Of a stretch of 20,000 bases of DNA, positions 7,822-16,565 are shown one piece after another. This stretch comes from an uncultured virus (IMG/VR IMGVR_UViG_3300037258_000725) (Duplodnaviria; Heunggongvirae; Uroviricota; Caudoviricetes): IMG/VR virus record IMGVR_UViG_3300037258_000725; one strand, 5' to 3'. The notes below the pieces were generated by a model, which did no database searches, was not told the origin of the DNA, and saw only the letters and a program-made list of their open reading frames with translations. Numbering within the stretch: position 1 is the first letter of the stretch; the number at the start of each line of letters is the position of its first letter. The position numbers were made by a program, and so were the translations under genes.

Positions 7822-8322
7822 TCAGGCTGCGATGTCCCTGCGGACCATTTCCTTGCTCAGCCCGAACACCTCACCAATCTCAGCCAGGGAGCATCCCTGG
7901 TCGGCCAGGAACCGCTCCCAGGAGCGCCTGGTGGGCAGGTCACAGCCGGGGGAGCACTGCCTCCGGACAGTGGCGATGGCTGAGGCCTTGCGGGCCCGCT
8001 CCTTGGCTGCCTCGGCCGCGGCGGCCTGCTTGTCAGCCACAGCCTGGAGGGCAGCCTGGTGGGCTGCCAGCCACTGCCGGCCAGCCTCGGTCAGGGCCCA
8101 GATGACGGCCCGGCCGACACGGCGGGAGCCTGGGGTCCAGCCCTTCCGCTCCACCCGCCCAGCGGCCTCGTGGTAGCGCAGGGCCTCGCCGTAGCGGAGC
8201 AGGCTTGCCCCATCCCCGATGGCGGCCCGGAGCTCCGGAGTGGAGGCCTGGCCGGCCCGGGCGAGCTCAGCGAAGATCTGGGTTGCTCTGGTGGTGGCCA
8301 CTCGGCCGTGGGATTCGGTCAT
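7822..8322 (-). CDS. DNA-binding protein: N-terminal winged helix plus C-terminal sigma-70 region 4-like HTH
   Basis: Start reassigned to ATG 8322 (ATGA overlap, AGAGAGGA RBS); WALTEAGRQWL wHTH end; GCSLAEIGEVFGLSKEMVRRDI HTH. Confidence 0.75.
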   Translation of the reverse strand: MTESHGRVATTRATQIFAELARAGQASTPELRAAIGDGASLLRYGEALRYHEAAGRVERKGWTPGSRRVGRAVIWALTEAGRQWLAAHQAALQAVADKQAAAAEAAKERARKASAIATVRRQCSPGCDLPTRRSWERFLADQGCSLAEIGEVFGLSKEMVRRDIAA

Positions 8323-8804
8323 GCCTTGGTTCCTCTCTGGGATCGGCGGGGGTGGGCGGCCCGCCACTTCTCGCCCTCGGCCCGGGCACAGGTGGTGCAG
8401 ATGCAATGCTGGCCATCGCAGCACCGCAGGGCCCCGATGGAGAAGCCGCAGCACCAGCACTGCCTGGAGGGGTCCGGGTTGGGGCACTGGGGGCCATAGG
8501 CCCTGATGTCGATGGAGTGAGTTTCGCCCCGCTCCTCCTTGCGGAGGTGGTCAGCGCACACCTCGTACTCGCCGCCGTTGATGATGGCTGTGGGCATGCC
8601 GCCGGCCTCACCCAGCGGGTCAAGCTCATAGAGCGCATCCACGATCAGGGGCGGGTCCATGCCGCCAGTCAGGTAGCCACCATCGGGCCCGCGCCATGAG
8701 GGGTTTTCGTAGGTCACATGGTCACCAGGCTTGATGCCATTCCGCTCCTCCAGGGCCACGGGGGCGTCTGGGTCGTCGGGGTCGGTGCGGTAGAACTCGG
8801 TCAT
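8319..8804 (-). CDS. Hypothetical protein with acidic N-domain and Cys-rich C-domain
   Basis: ATGA overlap with the methylase stop; CP...CWCC....CCDGQHCICTTC. Confidence 0.7.
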   Translation of the reverse strand: MTEFYRTDPDDPDAPVALEERNGIKPGDHVTYENPSWRGPDGGYLTGGMDPPLIVDALYELDPLGEAGGMPTAIINGGEYEVCADHLRKEERGETHSIDIRAYGPQCPNPDPSRQCWCCGFSIGALRCCDGQHCICTTCARAEGEKWRAAHPRRSQRGTKA

Positions 8805-10705
8805 GCTGCTAGCTCCAGTTGGGTGTTGGTGATCACTTCGACCAGGGCGCTGATGAGCACCTCGGCCACGGGCGGGGTGACGGCATTGCCTAGCTGGCGG
8901 ATCTGTTCCCGCTGGTTGCCCAGCACGATGTAGTCCTCGCCAAAGGCCATGGCCGCGTGGATCTCAGGCACCTTGAGCATCCTGAACAGGATCTCGCTGG
9001 GGTCGATGATGAGGTTCCCGCGCTCATCAATGACCTTGTGCCAGTCCTGGCTGGCCATGCCGAAGCGCTGCAAGCTGGTCACTGCCCCCATGGGCCCGCC
9101 CACTGTCCGGGCCACCCCAGTGCCGTAGTAGGGGATGAGCAGGGACTGGTGCCCGGCCGAAGTCAGGGTCCGCATCGGCTCCCCCACCGGGGTGCACATC
9201 TCCGCTCCGCCCGCGTTGTTGCGCATGAGCAGGGGCGCGGGGATGGCCAGGGCATGGTTGGACCCATCGGCCACGATGGTGGCGGTGGGGTCGGTGACGG
9301 GAATGGAGCGGTTGCGGCCTGAGCGCAGCGGCAGCAGGATCGGCGGGCAGGCCATGCCATGGTGGCCACCTGAGGTGGTCAGGGTGGCCATCGGGTCAGC
9401 CACGGAGTGGCCGGTGTTCCCGTCCCGCATCTCCACCATGAACGGGGGGACCACCAGGGCATCGTTTTCCCGGGTGGTGCGGGCCCGGAATGGCTCGGTG
9501 GCCAGCATGGCCGTGTCATTCCAGGTGCCGCCGGCCGGGGCGATCAGTGGGGGACAGGCCAGGGCATGCTGGCTGGTGGCCATCTGGGTGGGCGCTGGCC
9601 GCCCCACCGGCCAGGTCCGCACCCCAGGGGTCCGCTCATAGGTGTTGCCCGCGGCGGCCAGCAGGATGGGCAGCCAGTGCCGCTGGGCCCCGGCCATGAT
9701 CCGGGCCATGGTCTTGGGGGCCAGCGGCCTGGGCCTGTCCCCGATCCTGGTACCCAGGTCACCCCAGTCGATGGCGGCGATGGCGGGCAGGACGTAGGGC
9801 TCCACCCGCTGGCCCTGGCAGGAGACCTTGGGGCACAGGTAGTCGTACTGCTGGTGGTAGCGGCCCATGGTGGTGCCTGGCTTGCGCCACACCTGGACAG
9901 CCTTGATGTTCTGCTCACAGGCGGGGCACCAGGCAGTTGGCCGCAGCCACTTGTCAAAGTCAGGATTGCGGCCCAGCTTCTCGTGCCAGTACACCAGGTA
10001 GAAGCGGTCCCGGGACTGGGGAGCTCTGGGGGTGCGCTGCGACTGGGCATGCATGGAGTTGAGGGCCACCAGGTGGGTCTTGTAACCCAGCCGCTCGATG
10101 GACCTGCGCCACTCCCCGAAGTGGACCCACTTGCACACATCGGTGACGTTCTCCACCACCCCGCACAGCACGGGCTGGCCCCTGGTCACCATGGCATCCA
10201 GGTACCGGGCCACATCCCACATCAGGGCCCGGGACCGCTCGGCTGCCTCCGGGGGCAGCGGCCCGTCGCCGTCGAACAGGCTGGCCTGGTGGCTGAAGGT
10301 CTGGGTCTTGCCCTGGCCCTGAGACCAGTACGGGCACTCCGGGGATGACCAGAAAATCATGCACGGGGGGATTCTGGTCAGGTCCATTTCCCTGATGTCG
10401 CCGTGCTTGTGCACGGCCTCGGGGAAGTTTCGCTCATGGGTTTCGATGGCCCTGGCCCAGTGGTTGGCCGCGGCCTTGATGAACACCCCGGGCACGGACT
10501 CAGCGCCCTGTGAGGAGCCGCCTCCGCCGCAGAACCAGTCATGGTAGGTGATGTCCCCGGTCAGGTCCCGCTGGGCGGGAGCCACTGTCCAGATGGCCTT
10601 GAGCACCTCTGTGAGGTTGCGGCGGGACAGCCGCTGCCAGGCCATCAGGTCAGCCGGGGTGGCTGGCATCCACTGGCCTGTTATCGGGTCCAGAACTGCG
10701 GGCAT
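8801..10705 (-). CDS. DNA (cytosine-5)-methyltransferase, phage type with long repetitive variable region
   Basis: Motif I DWFCGGGG, catalytic SPEC, ENV, QSRDR, and motif X QLGNAVTPP; AGGAGG RBS. Confidence 0.95.
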   Translation of the reverse strand: MPAVLDPITGQWMPATPADLMAWQRLSRRNLTEVLKAIWTVAPAQRDLTGDITYHDWFCGGGGSSQGAESVPGVFIKAAANHWARAIETHERNFPEAVHKHGDIREMDLTRIPPCMIFWSSPECPYWSQGQGKTQTFSHQASLFDGDGPLPPEAAERSRALMWDVARYLDAMVTRGQPVLCGVVENVTDVCKWVHFGEWRRSIERLGYKTHLVALNSMHAQSQRTPRAPQSRDRFYLVYWHEKLGRNPDFDKWLRPTAWCPACEQNIKAVQVWRKPGTTMGRYHQQYDYLCPKVSCQGQRVEPYVLPAIAAIDWGDLGTRIGDRPRPLAPKTMARIMAGAQRHWLPILLAAAGNTYERTPGVRTWPVGRPAPTQMATSQHALACPPLIAPAGGTWNDTAMLATEPFRARTTRENDALVVPPFMVEMRDGNTGHSVADPMATLTTSGGHHGMACPPILLPLRSGRNRSIPVTDPTATIVADGSNHALAIPAPLLMRNNAGGAEMCTPVGEPMRTLTSAGHQSLLIPYYGTGVARTVGGPMGAVTSLQRFGMASQDWHKVIDERGNLIIDPSEILFRMLKVPEIHAAMAFGEDYIVLGNQREQIRQLGNAVTPPVAEVLISALVEVITNTQLELAA

Positions 10706-10719
10706 AGGTCCCCCTCCTG

Positions 10720-13700
10720 TCAGGCTGCCTGGGCGGCAGGCTCGTCGTGTGGCTGAGCACGCTCATTGGCCAGCCGGGCGAGCTCGGCATTGATCTCCTC
10801 CACCAGTTGCCGGGCGGCGGCGAGCTCGGCGGCCTGGGCGAACTCACCAGACTCAGCCAGGCCCTTGCTGGCGTGCTCGATCTCCCGGCTGGCCCGCTCA
10901 ATGACGTGGCGGGCTTCAGTGACGTGGCCCTCCATGCCGGTGAGCCTGTTCTCCAGCCGGGTGATGAGCTTGCCGGTCCAGATCTCGGTCAGGTTCAGGC
11001 CCCTCAGTTCCCCGAACGGCATCTCATCCAGCACCAGGTCAGCCAGGACGCTGCCCTGCTGGGCCACCCAGAAGTGGGCCTTGACCTGGAATCCGCCCAG
11101 CCAGCCCAGGGGCACGAACCCGTGGGACTGGCCAGCCCGCACCCCAGGCTTGGCGTCGGAGTACTCCTGGTGCAGGACCTGGCGGAAGGCCTCATGGGCC
11201 TCGGCCCGGTCGGTGAACTCCTGGGCCCCGATGATGATGCGGAAGTCTTCCCCGGCCACGGGCTCACGGCGGCCCATGGCTTCCTGAACCCGGGCGATCA
11301 CGCTCTCCTGCCAGGTGATCTCGTCCTGGTTGGCTGTGACCGCATACCGGAATGACTCCAGGGTCCGCTCCCAGGCCCGTTCCGCCCGGTCCAGCCGCAC
11401 GAACTCTGAGTCGGCCACGGCCTTCTCCAGCAGGAGCGGGTTGTCGGTGGCCAGGGCCTGGATCTCGGAGAAGGACAGGGCCACATCCCCGATGTCCTTG
11501 ACTGACCTGGTGTCGAACCTGCCCCGGATCAACTGGCCGATGAAGGTTGCCTTGCGGGCCAGGGCCTGCCACATGTAGGCATCGAAGGAGCGGGAGGTGA
11601 TGTACCGCAGCAGGCGCACCTCAGCGTTGAGGTTCCCCTGCCGGATGGCCCGGCCGATCCGCTGGGCCACATCCGCTGGCCGCCAGGGGGCATCCAGTTC
11701 GTGCAGGGCCACCAGCCGGTCCTGGACATTGACCCCGACGCCCATCTTCTCGGTGGAGCCCACCAGGACGGCCACAGCCCCGGCCCGGCAGGCTGCGAAC
11801 AACTGGGCCTTGGCCCGGTCATTGGTGGCCTCATGCACGAACCTGACCCGGTTGGCCGGCATGCCCCGGAACACCAGTTCGGTCCGCAGCGTGTCGTAGA
11901 CGTTCCACTTCTCCGAGGGGGTGCCCAGGTCACAGAACACGAGTTGGAGGGAGCCTGGCACCAGTGAGTCTGGGTAGACGTGATCCCGGTTGGCCTGCCA
12001 GATCTCGTAGATCTTGCCGGCCGCGGCCTCGATCTTGCTGGGGGTGGTCTGGGGCTGGCCCACCAGTTCCATGCTGATGGCGGCTTTGCGGCCATCCAGG
12101 CAGACGTTGAGCATGTTGTCCTCGTCGGGCTTGACCGCCCGGCTGCGGATCTTCTCGGCCCGCTGCCCGAGCTCCAGCACAAAGTCCACAAGCTCCGGGG
12201 AGGGGTCCACGCTGACGATCTCAGAGTCCCGCTTGCCATCCTCGGGCCGGCAGGCGATCAGGGGGAGCTTCAGGTCCAGGTCCTCGGCCAGCTTCACGTC
12301 AGCGAAGATGAACCACATTTGCATGAGCTCGCTGATGCCGGTGAACTCAGCGAACCTGGCCTTGAGCCGGAACGCGGTGCCGCCCTCGGGGGCGAGCTCA
12401 ACCTTGGTGACCACTTCACCGAACGTGGCCGCCCAGGAGTCGAAGATCAGGACAGCCGCGTCTTCCAGCACATCTGGCCGCAGGTAGCGGCACATGACGT
12501 GGGCCTCAGTGATGGAGTTGGCGATGGGGGTGGCGGTGGCAAAGGTGGCGATCCGCCTGCCCTGCCGCCGCCGCAGCCAGTGCAGCTTCATGTCCAGATC
12601 GGAGGCCCGCTGGGAGCCATCAATGGCCGCGTCGGGGATGGCGGAGGGGGTGCGCAGATTCTTGAACAGGTGGGCCTCATCCACCACCAGGTAGTCACAG
12701 CCCATGCCCTCGAAGCAGATGCCCTTGTCCCGGGGCAGCCGCTTGACCTTCTCGATGAGCCGGTTCTCAGCGTTCCACTTGGTCCGCTCCAGCCGCTTGA
12801 GGGTCAGCCCCTCAGCGTCCTGGGCGTTGTCAATCCACTCCTCCAGCAGGGCGATTTCCCGGTTCAGGTAGTCCTCCTGGGCTTCCCGGGTCATCCCGAT
12901 CCGCTCGAACGCGGACATGGAGATCACCACGGCATCCCAGTCCCCGGTGGCGCACCGGGCGATGAACCGCCGCCGCTTGATGGAGGAGTCCAGGTCTTCC
13001 CGCTGCCCCAGCAGGACCCTGGCCTGGGGGTAGAGGGCCATCCATTCACGCGAGAACTGCTCCAGCATGTGGTTGGGGACCACCACGCAGGCCTTGGAGA
13101 TCAGGCCCAGGCGGCGCATCTCCATCACCCCGGCCACCATTTCCAGGGTCTTGCCCGCTCCCACCTCATGGGCCAGGAGCGCGGTGGGCTCATGCACCAT
13201 CCGGGCAATCGCCGGGTACTGGTGGGTGTGGACCTTGGCTTTCCAGTCCACGTTCATGCCCGGCAGGCTCATCCTGGCCGCGTCGTAGTCGTCGTAGGAG
13301 CGGACCACCAGGCCGTTGAACATGTCGTTGTAGGTCCTGGCCAGCCGGGCTGAGCGGGCCGGGTCTCCCCAGGCCCAGTCAGCGAACCTGGCCTTGATCA
13401 GGTCAGCCTTGGCATTGGCGGCCACGGTCTCATCCAGGTTGAGCACCTGGCGCTCACTGCCGTCAACCATGATGGTGTCGCGGACCTGGATGGGGTGCTG
13501 TTGCAAGATCGCAGCGGCCAGGTCAACGGCATTGCGCCGGCCGGTGCCATAGGTGGAGGTGGCCAGCACTGAGCGATGGTCACCCTTGACGGCCCAGATC
13601 TGGCCGCCCGGGTGCTCAACCTTCAGGTGCTCGTCATCCAGCAGTTCCCTCAGGAAGGCCTGGATGAACGAGACACCGATCCAGGAGGCCCCCATGCGGG

Positions 13701-16059
13701 CATCAATCTCACCTGGGGTCTTGTCCCGGGGGACAACCTCACGCAAGGCTCGCACGTTGACCTCAAAAGCAGGGTCGGTGCGGGCCGCGGCCTCAGCCAC
13801 CTGGAGCTTGCGGCGCACCTTGCCGGACAGGTACTGGGCTGCCGGGACCAGGCTGCCGGTCGGGACCTCATCGGGCCCTGGCTTGGCAGGCTTGCCGGTG
13901 ATGTCACTGAGGTTAACGTCAAGCCCTGACAGTGCTGAGATGTCCGCAGCCGCATGAGCCAGCAGGGCTTCCTGGTCACCTTCTGGGTCAGGTGGCACCT
14001 CATACACCAGGCTGGCCAGCCTGTCCCGGGCGTCTTCTGGGGTGGTGCCCAGCAGGCGGGCGATCTCCTCCAGGTCCACCTGGCCATGGGTGTCCAGGCA
14101 GATGGTCAGCGCGTCATCAGGGGTGTCGGCCCCCAGCCGGGGGGTCCTGGGTGCGGTCACGCGGGTGGTGAAGATCGGGGCCCTGGTGGCGGTCTGGGTC
14201 TCTGGGCTGAAGGTCTCCAGGCCCAGCACCAGCGGGTAGTAGGGGTCCTTGCGGAACCCTCCCTGGGGTGGCCGGATCTGGGCCAGGCGGTCTTCCATCC
14301 TGACCGGCAGGTGGCAGGAGTGGCACTGGGCCAGCAGAACCCCGGCCTGCTGCCACACCGGGTTGCCGGGGGAGCCATCCCTGTTGGGCTTGCCATGGGT
14401 GGTGGCCTTGACGTACTCGCCGCAGGGCTCACACGTCCCGCCGTACCGGCCAGTTCGCCGGTAGCTGAACCTGTTGATGGGCCCGTAGCTGGCGACGTAG
14501 GTGGTGTAGGCCTCACCCAGCATGCCCATCTGGGCCAGGATCTCTGGCGTGTCCTCAGCATCGGCGGCCTCAGCGGCCAGCAGGTCCCGGGCCGCATCCC
14601 GCAGCCGCAGCAGGGCGGCCAGTTCACCAGCCTGCTCGGCGGGCACCTCATAGCGCACTGGCTGGCCGTAGTCGATGATGGTGAACCCGGTCCCTGGGGT
14701 GCCCTGAATGAAGCCGTCCGGGTGCCCGGTCTCGAGACTTTCATCGGGCTCAGGCAGGGCTTCCCGGGCCCTGGCCCAGGTCAGGCCCTCCATCCTGGCC
14801 TCGGCCACGATGTTCTCCAGGGCCTCAGCCAGGGCCTCATTCAGGGCCGCGCGGGTGTCCTTGAACTCCACCGTGAGGTCATCGGCCCGCCACATCCCGT
14901 GGCAGCGGAACTTCCCCAGCACCTGGGCCCGGTGGCGGGTGAACCAGTCGGAGACGATGAGCTCCTGGTCATCCACTTCAATGGCCCTGGCCCGCTCCCA
15001 GTCCTCCCCGGCTGGCTCAGCCCCGCGGTCCCGCCGCCGCAGCACCACCAGGTCAGTGACCACGCTGGTGCCCGCGGCGGCCTGGTGGGCCCCGGAAGGC
15101 AGCCTGACCGCACCCAGGACATCGGCCACCTTGCTGATGGCCCGCCTGGACTCCGGGTTGGCACCGTCCATGGTGTACCGGGAGGTGAGGAACAGCCCGA
15201 TGCCACCAGGCCGCAGCAGGTGCATGGCCTTGAGGATGAAGTGGTTGTGGATGGAGTGCCGGCGGTCTGGGTTGTACCTGGCATCAGGCAGTTGCAGGTC
15301 CCCGAATGGCACATTGGCCACGGCCAGGTCAAAAGACTCCTCAGCGAACTTGCTGTCCGCGAAGCTCTCGCGGCGGATGTCAGCCTGGGGGTAGAGGGCC
15401 TGGGCGATCTGGGCGGTCAGCGGGTCAAGTTCCACCCCGGTCATGCGGGCTCCCGGGGGAGCCAGGCCGATGAAGTTGCCTGACCCGCAGCCTGGCTCGA
15501 TGACCTTGCCTGAGGTGAACCCCAGCAGGGCCGCGGCCTGCCAGATCTGCTGGACGAACGCGGCATCGGTGTAGTGCGCGTTCAGGGTGGAGCGGGCGGC
15601 GGCGCGGCGCTCCTCCTCGCTGGTCAGGTCCAGGAGCTCGGCGGCCACCTTCTGGGCCCAGGCAGGCTGGTTCCTGGTGTCCCACACCTCAGGGATGGCA
15701 CCCCAGCCAGACCAGCGGGCCAGGATGGCCTGCTCTGCGGCGGTGGCGGCCCGGTTCTCATCCTGGATCTCCCGCAAGGTGACCAGCGCGGCCAGGTTGG
15801 CCCCGGCCCGGGCCACTGACCCGGTGGGGGCCAGGTCACCCTGGCCATCTGGCCGGAAGCTGGGCCCGGCAGGCCTGGGGGCCGGCGGTGGCGGCAGTGG
15901 CGGCGGGGTGGCTGGCTTCAGGATGGGGACCTGGAAAGCCGGGATCTGGGGCCCCTGGGCCTGCACCTCGGGGTCGGTGTCGTTCAGGAACGCCAGCAAC
16001 GACCCTTGCAGGGGATTGGTCTGGAGCTTGCCACGGCGGCGCCGGGTGGTGATGGCCAA
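10720..16059 (-). CDS. DarB-like N6-adenine-type methyltransferase / SF2 (SNF2-like) helicase fusion
   Basis: IEPGCGSGNF SAM motif, NVPF catalytic motif, Walker A HEVGAGKT, DEAH, TATP, QRIGRAIRQGN motif VI, C-terminal coiled coil; TTG start with GAGGAG RBS. Confidence 0.92.
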   Translation of the reverse strand: MAITTRRRRGKLQTNPLQGSLLAFLNDTDPEVQAQGPQIPAFQVPILKPATPPPLPPPPAPRPAGPSFRPDGQGDLAPTGSVARAGANLAALVTLREIQDENRAATAAEQAILARWSGWGAIPEVWDTRNQPAWAQKVAAELLDLTSEEERRAAARSTLNAHYTDAAFVQQIWQAAALLGFTSGKVIEPGCGSGNFIGLAPPGARMTGVELDPLTAQIAQALYPQADIRRESFADSKFAEESFDLAVANVPFGDLQLPDARYNPDRRHSIHNHFILKAMHLLRPGGIGLFLTSRYTMDGANPESRRAISKVADVLGAVRLPSGAHQAAAGTSVVTDLVVLRRRDRGAEPAGEDWERARAIEVDDQELIVSDWFTRHRAQVLGKFRCHGMWRADDLTVEFKDTRAALNEALAEALENIVAEARMEGLTWARAREALPEPDESLETGHPDGFIQGTPGTGFTIIDYGQPVRYEVPAEQAGELAALLRLRDAARDLLAAEAADAEDTPEILAQMGMLGEAYTTYVASYGPINRFSYRRTGRYGGTCEPCGEYVKATTHGKPNRDGSPGNPVWQQAGVLLAQCHSCHLPVRMEDRLAQIRPPQGGFRKDPYYPLVLGLETFSPETQTATRAPIFTTRVTAPRTPRLGADTPDDALTICLDTHGQVDLEEIARLLGTTPEDARDRLASLVYEVPPDPEGDQEALLAHAAADISALSGLDVNLSDITGKPAKPGPDEVPTGSLVPAAQYLSGKVRRKLQVAEAAARTDPAFEVNVRALREVVPRDKTPGEIDARMGASWIGVSFIQAFLRELLDDEHLKVEHPGGQIWAVKGDHRSVLATSTYGTGRRNAVDLAAAILQQHPIQVRDTIMVDGSERQVLNLDETVAANAKADLIKARFADWAWGDPARSARLARTYNDMFNGLVVRSYDDYDAARMSLPGMNVDWKAKVHTHQYPAIARMVHEPTALLAHEVGAGKTLEMVAGVMEMRRLGLISKACVVVPNHMLEQFSREWMALYPQARVLLGQREDLDSSIKRRRFIARCATGDWDAVVISMSAFERIGMTREAQEDYLNREIALLEEWIDNAQDAEGLTLKRLERTKWNAENRLIEKVKRLPRDKGICFEGMGCDYLVVDEAHLFKNLRTPSAIPDAAIDGSQRASDLDMKLHWLRRRQGRRIATFATATPIANSITEAHVMCRYLRPDVLEDAAVLIFDSWAATFGEVVTKVELAPEGGTAFRLKARFAEFTGISELMQMWFIFADVKLAEDLDLKLPLIACRPEDGKRDSEIVSVDPSPELVDFVLELGQRAEKIRSRAVKPDEDNMLNVCLDGRKAAISMELVGQPQTTPSKIEAAAGKIYEIWQANRDHVYPDSLVPGSLQLVFCDLGTPSEKWNVYDTLRTELVFRGMPANRVRFVHEATNDRAKAQLFAACRAGAVAVLVGSTEKMGVGVNVQDRLVALHELDAPWRPADVAQRIGRAIRQGNLNAEVRLLRYITSRSFDAYMWQALARKATFIGQLIRGRFDTRSVKDIGDVALSFSEIQALATDNPLLLEKAVADSEFVRLDRAERAWERTLESFRYAVTANQDEITWQESVIARVQEAMGRREPVAGEDFRIIIGAQEFTDRAEAHEAFRQVLHQEYSDAKPGVRAGQSHGFVPLGWLGGFQVKAHFWVAQQGSVLADLVLDEMPFGELRGLNLTEIWTGKLITRLENRLTGMEGHVTEARHVIERASREIEHASKGLAESGEFAQAAELAAARQLVEEINAELARLANERAQPHDEPAAQAA

Positions 16060-16143
16060 CGGATCTCCTCTGGGGTGTTACCCCGGTGGGGCCCTAGCCG
16101 TGACTGCCCTGCCTGGCCGTCACGCTCCGGGTGATCAGCGTGC

Positions 16144-16172
16144 CATTACGTAGTCAATATGACTACGTAATG
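16144..16172. promoter_or_regulatory. Perfect 13-bp inverted repeat (operator or 5' hairpin)
   Basis: CATTACGTAGTCA-ATA-TGACTACGTAATG, AT-rich, immediately downstream of a predicted -10 box. Confidence 0.8.
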
Positions 16173-16177
16173 AAGCA

Positions 16178-16206
16178 ACCCTATCTGAGTATGGTGCAAG
16201 CGGCAA
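16178..16206 (-). promoter_or_regulatory. Predicted promoter of the methyltransferase operon
   Basis: TTGCCG (16206-16201), 17-nt spacer, TAGGGT (16183-16178). Confidence 0.6.
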
Positions 16207-16210
16207 CCTC

Positions 16211-16546
16211 CTATTGCGGTGTGTCTGCCTGGGCCCAGGGGCCCAGCACCTCCAGCCAGGGAGCATGGCAGGTGGCGCATATGAAGCCGTCCGGGGGAGC
16301 CCCGCCGCAGGTCGGGCAGGGGATGTCCAGGTTCGGGTGCAGCAGGACCCAGGCTGGCATCCCGAACGCCCGGACGATCCGGCAGAAGGTCTGGGAGAGG
16401 CCGCGCCGCTGTCCGTGTTCCAGGAACGTGACATTGCTGGCTGCGATCCCGGCCGTTTCCGCAAGCTGTTTGTGAGTCCAGTTCCTCTGTGTGCGGAAAC
16501 GGCGGATGTTGCCCGCGACGATCTCATTCGGGTCGTCGTCTGGCAC
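16211..16546 (-). CDS. XRE-family HTH regulator with C-terminal zinc ribbon
   Basis: NIRRFRTQRNWTHKQLAETAGIAASNVTFLEHG HTH; CPTC-x8-CATC; GTG start with GGGGAGG RBS. Confidence 0.88.
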   Translation of the reverse strand: MPDDDPNEIVAGNIRRFRTQRNWTHKQLAETAGIAASNVTFLEHGQRRGLSQTFCRIVRAFGMPAWVLLHPNLDIPCPTCGGAPPDGFICATCHAPWLEVLGPWAQADTPQ

Positions 16547-16565
16547 GGCCTCCCCCTGGTCATCC

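Noticed and set aside
85..10348. Other long plus-strand ORFs (85-954, 5196-6017, 6532-7395, 9407-10348)
   Set aside because: They fully overlap well-supported minus-strand genes and have shadow-frame composition.
11980..15483. 457-aa and 509-aa plus-strand ORFs
   Set aside because: Antisense shadows of the DarB-like gene.
8801..16059. Classical restriction-modification or DISARM/BREX defence system
   Set aside because: No recognisable nuclease, specificity subunit, PglZ or Drm partners; the architecture fits a DarB-like protein plus an orphan phage MTase.
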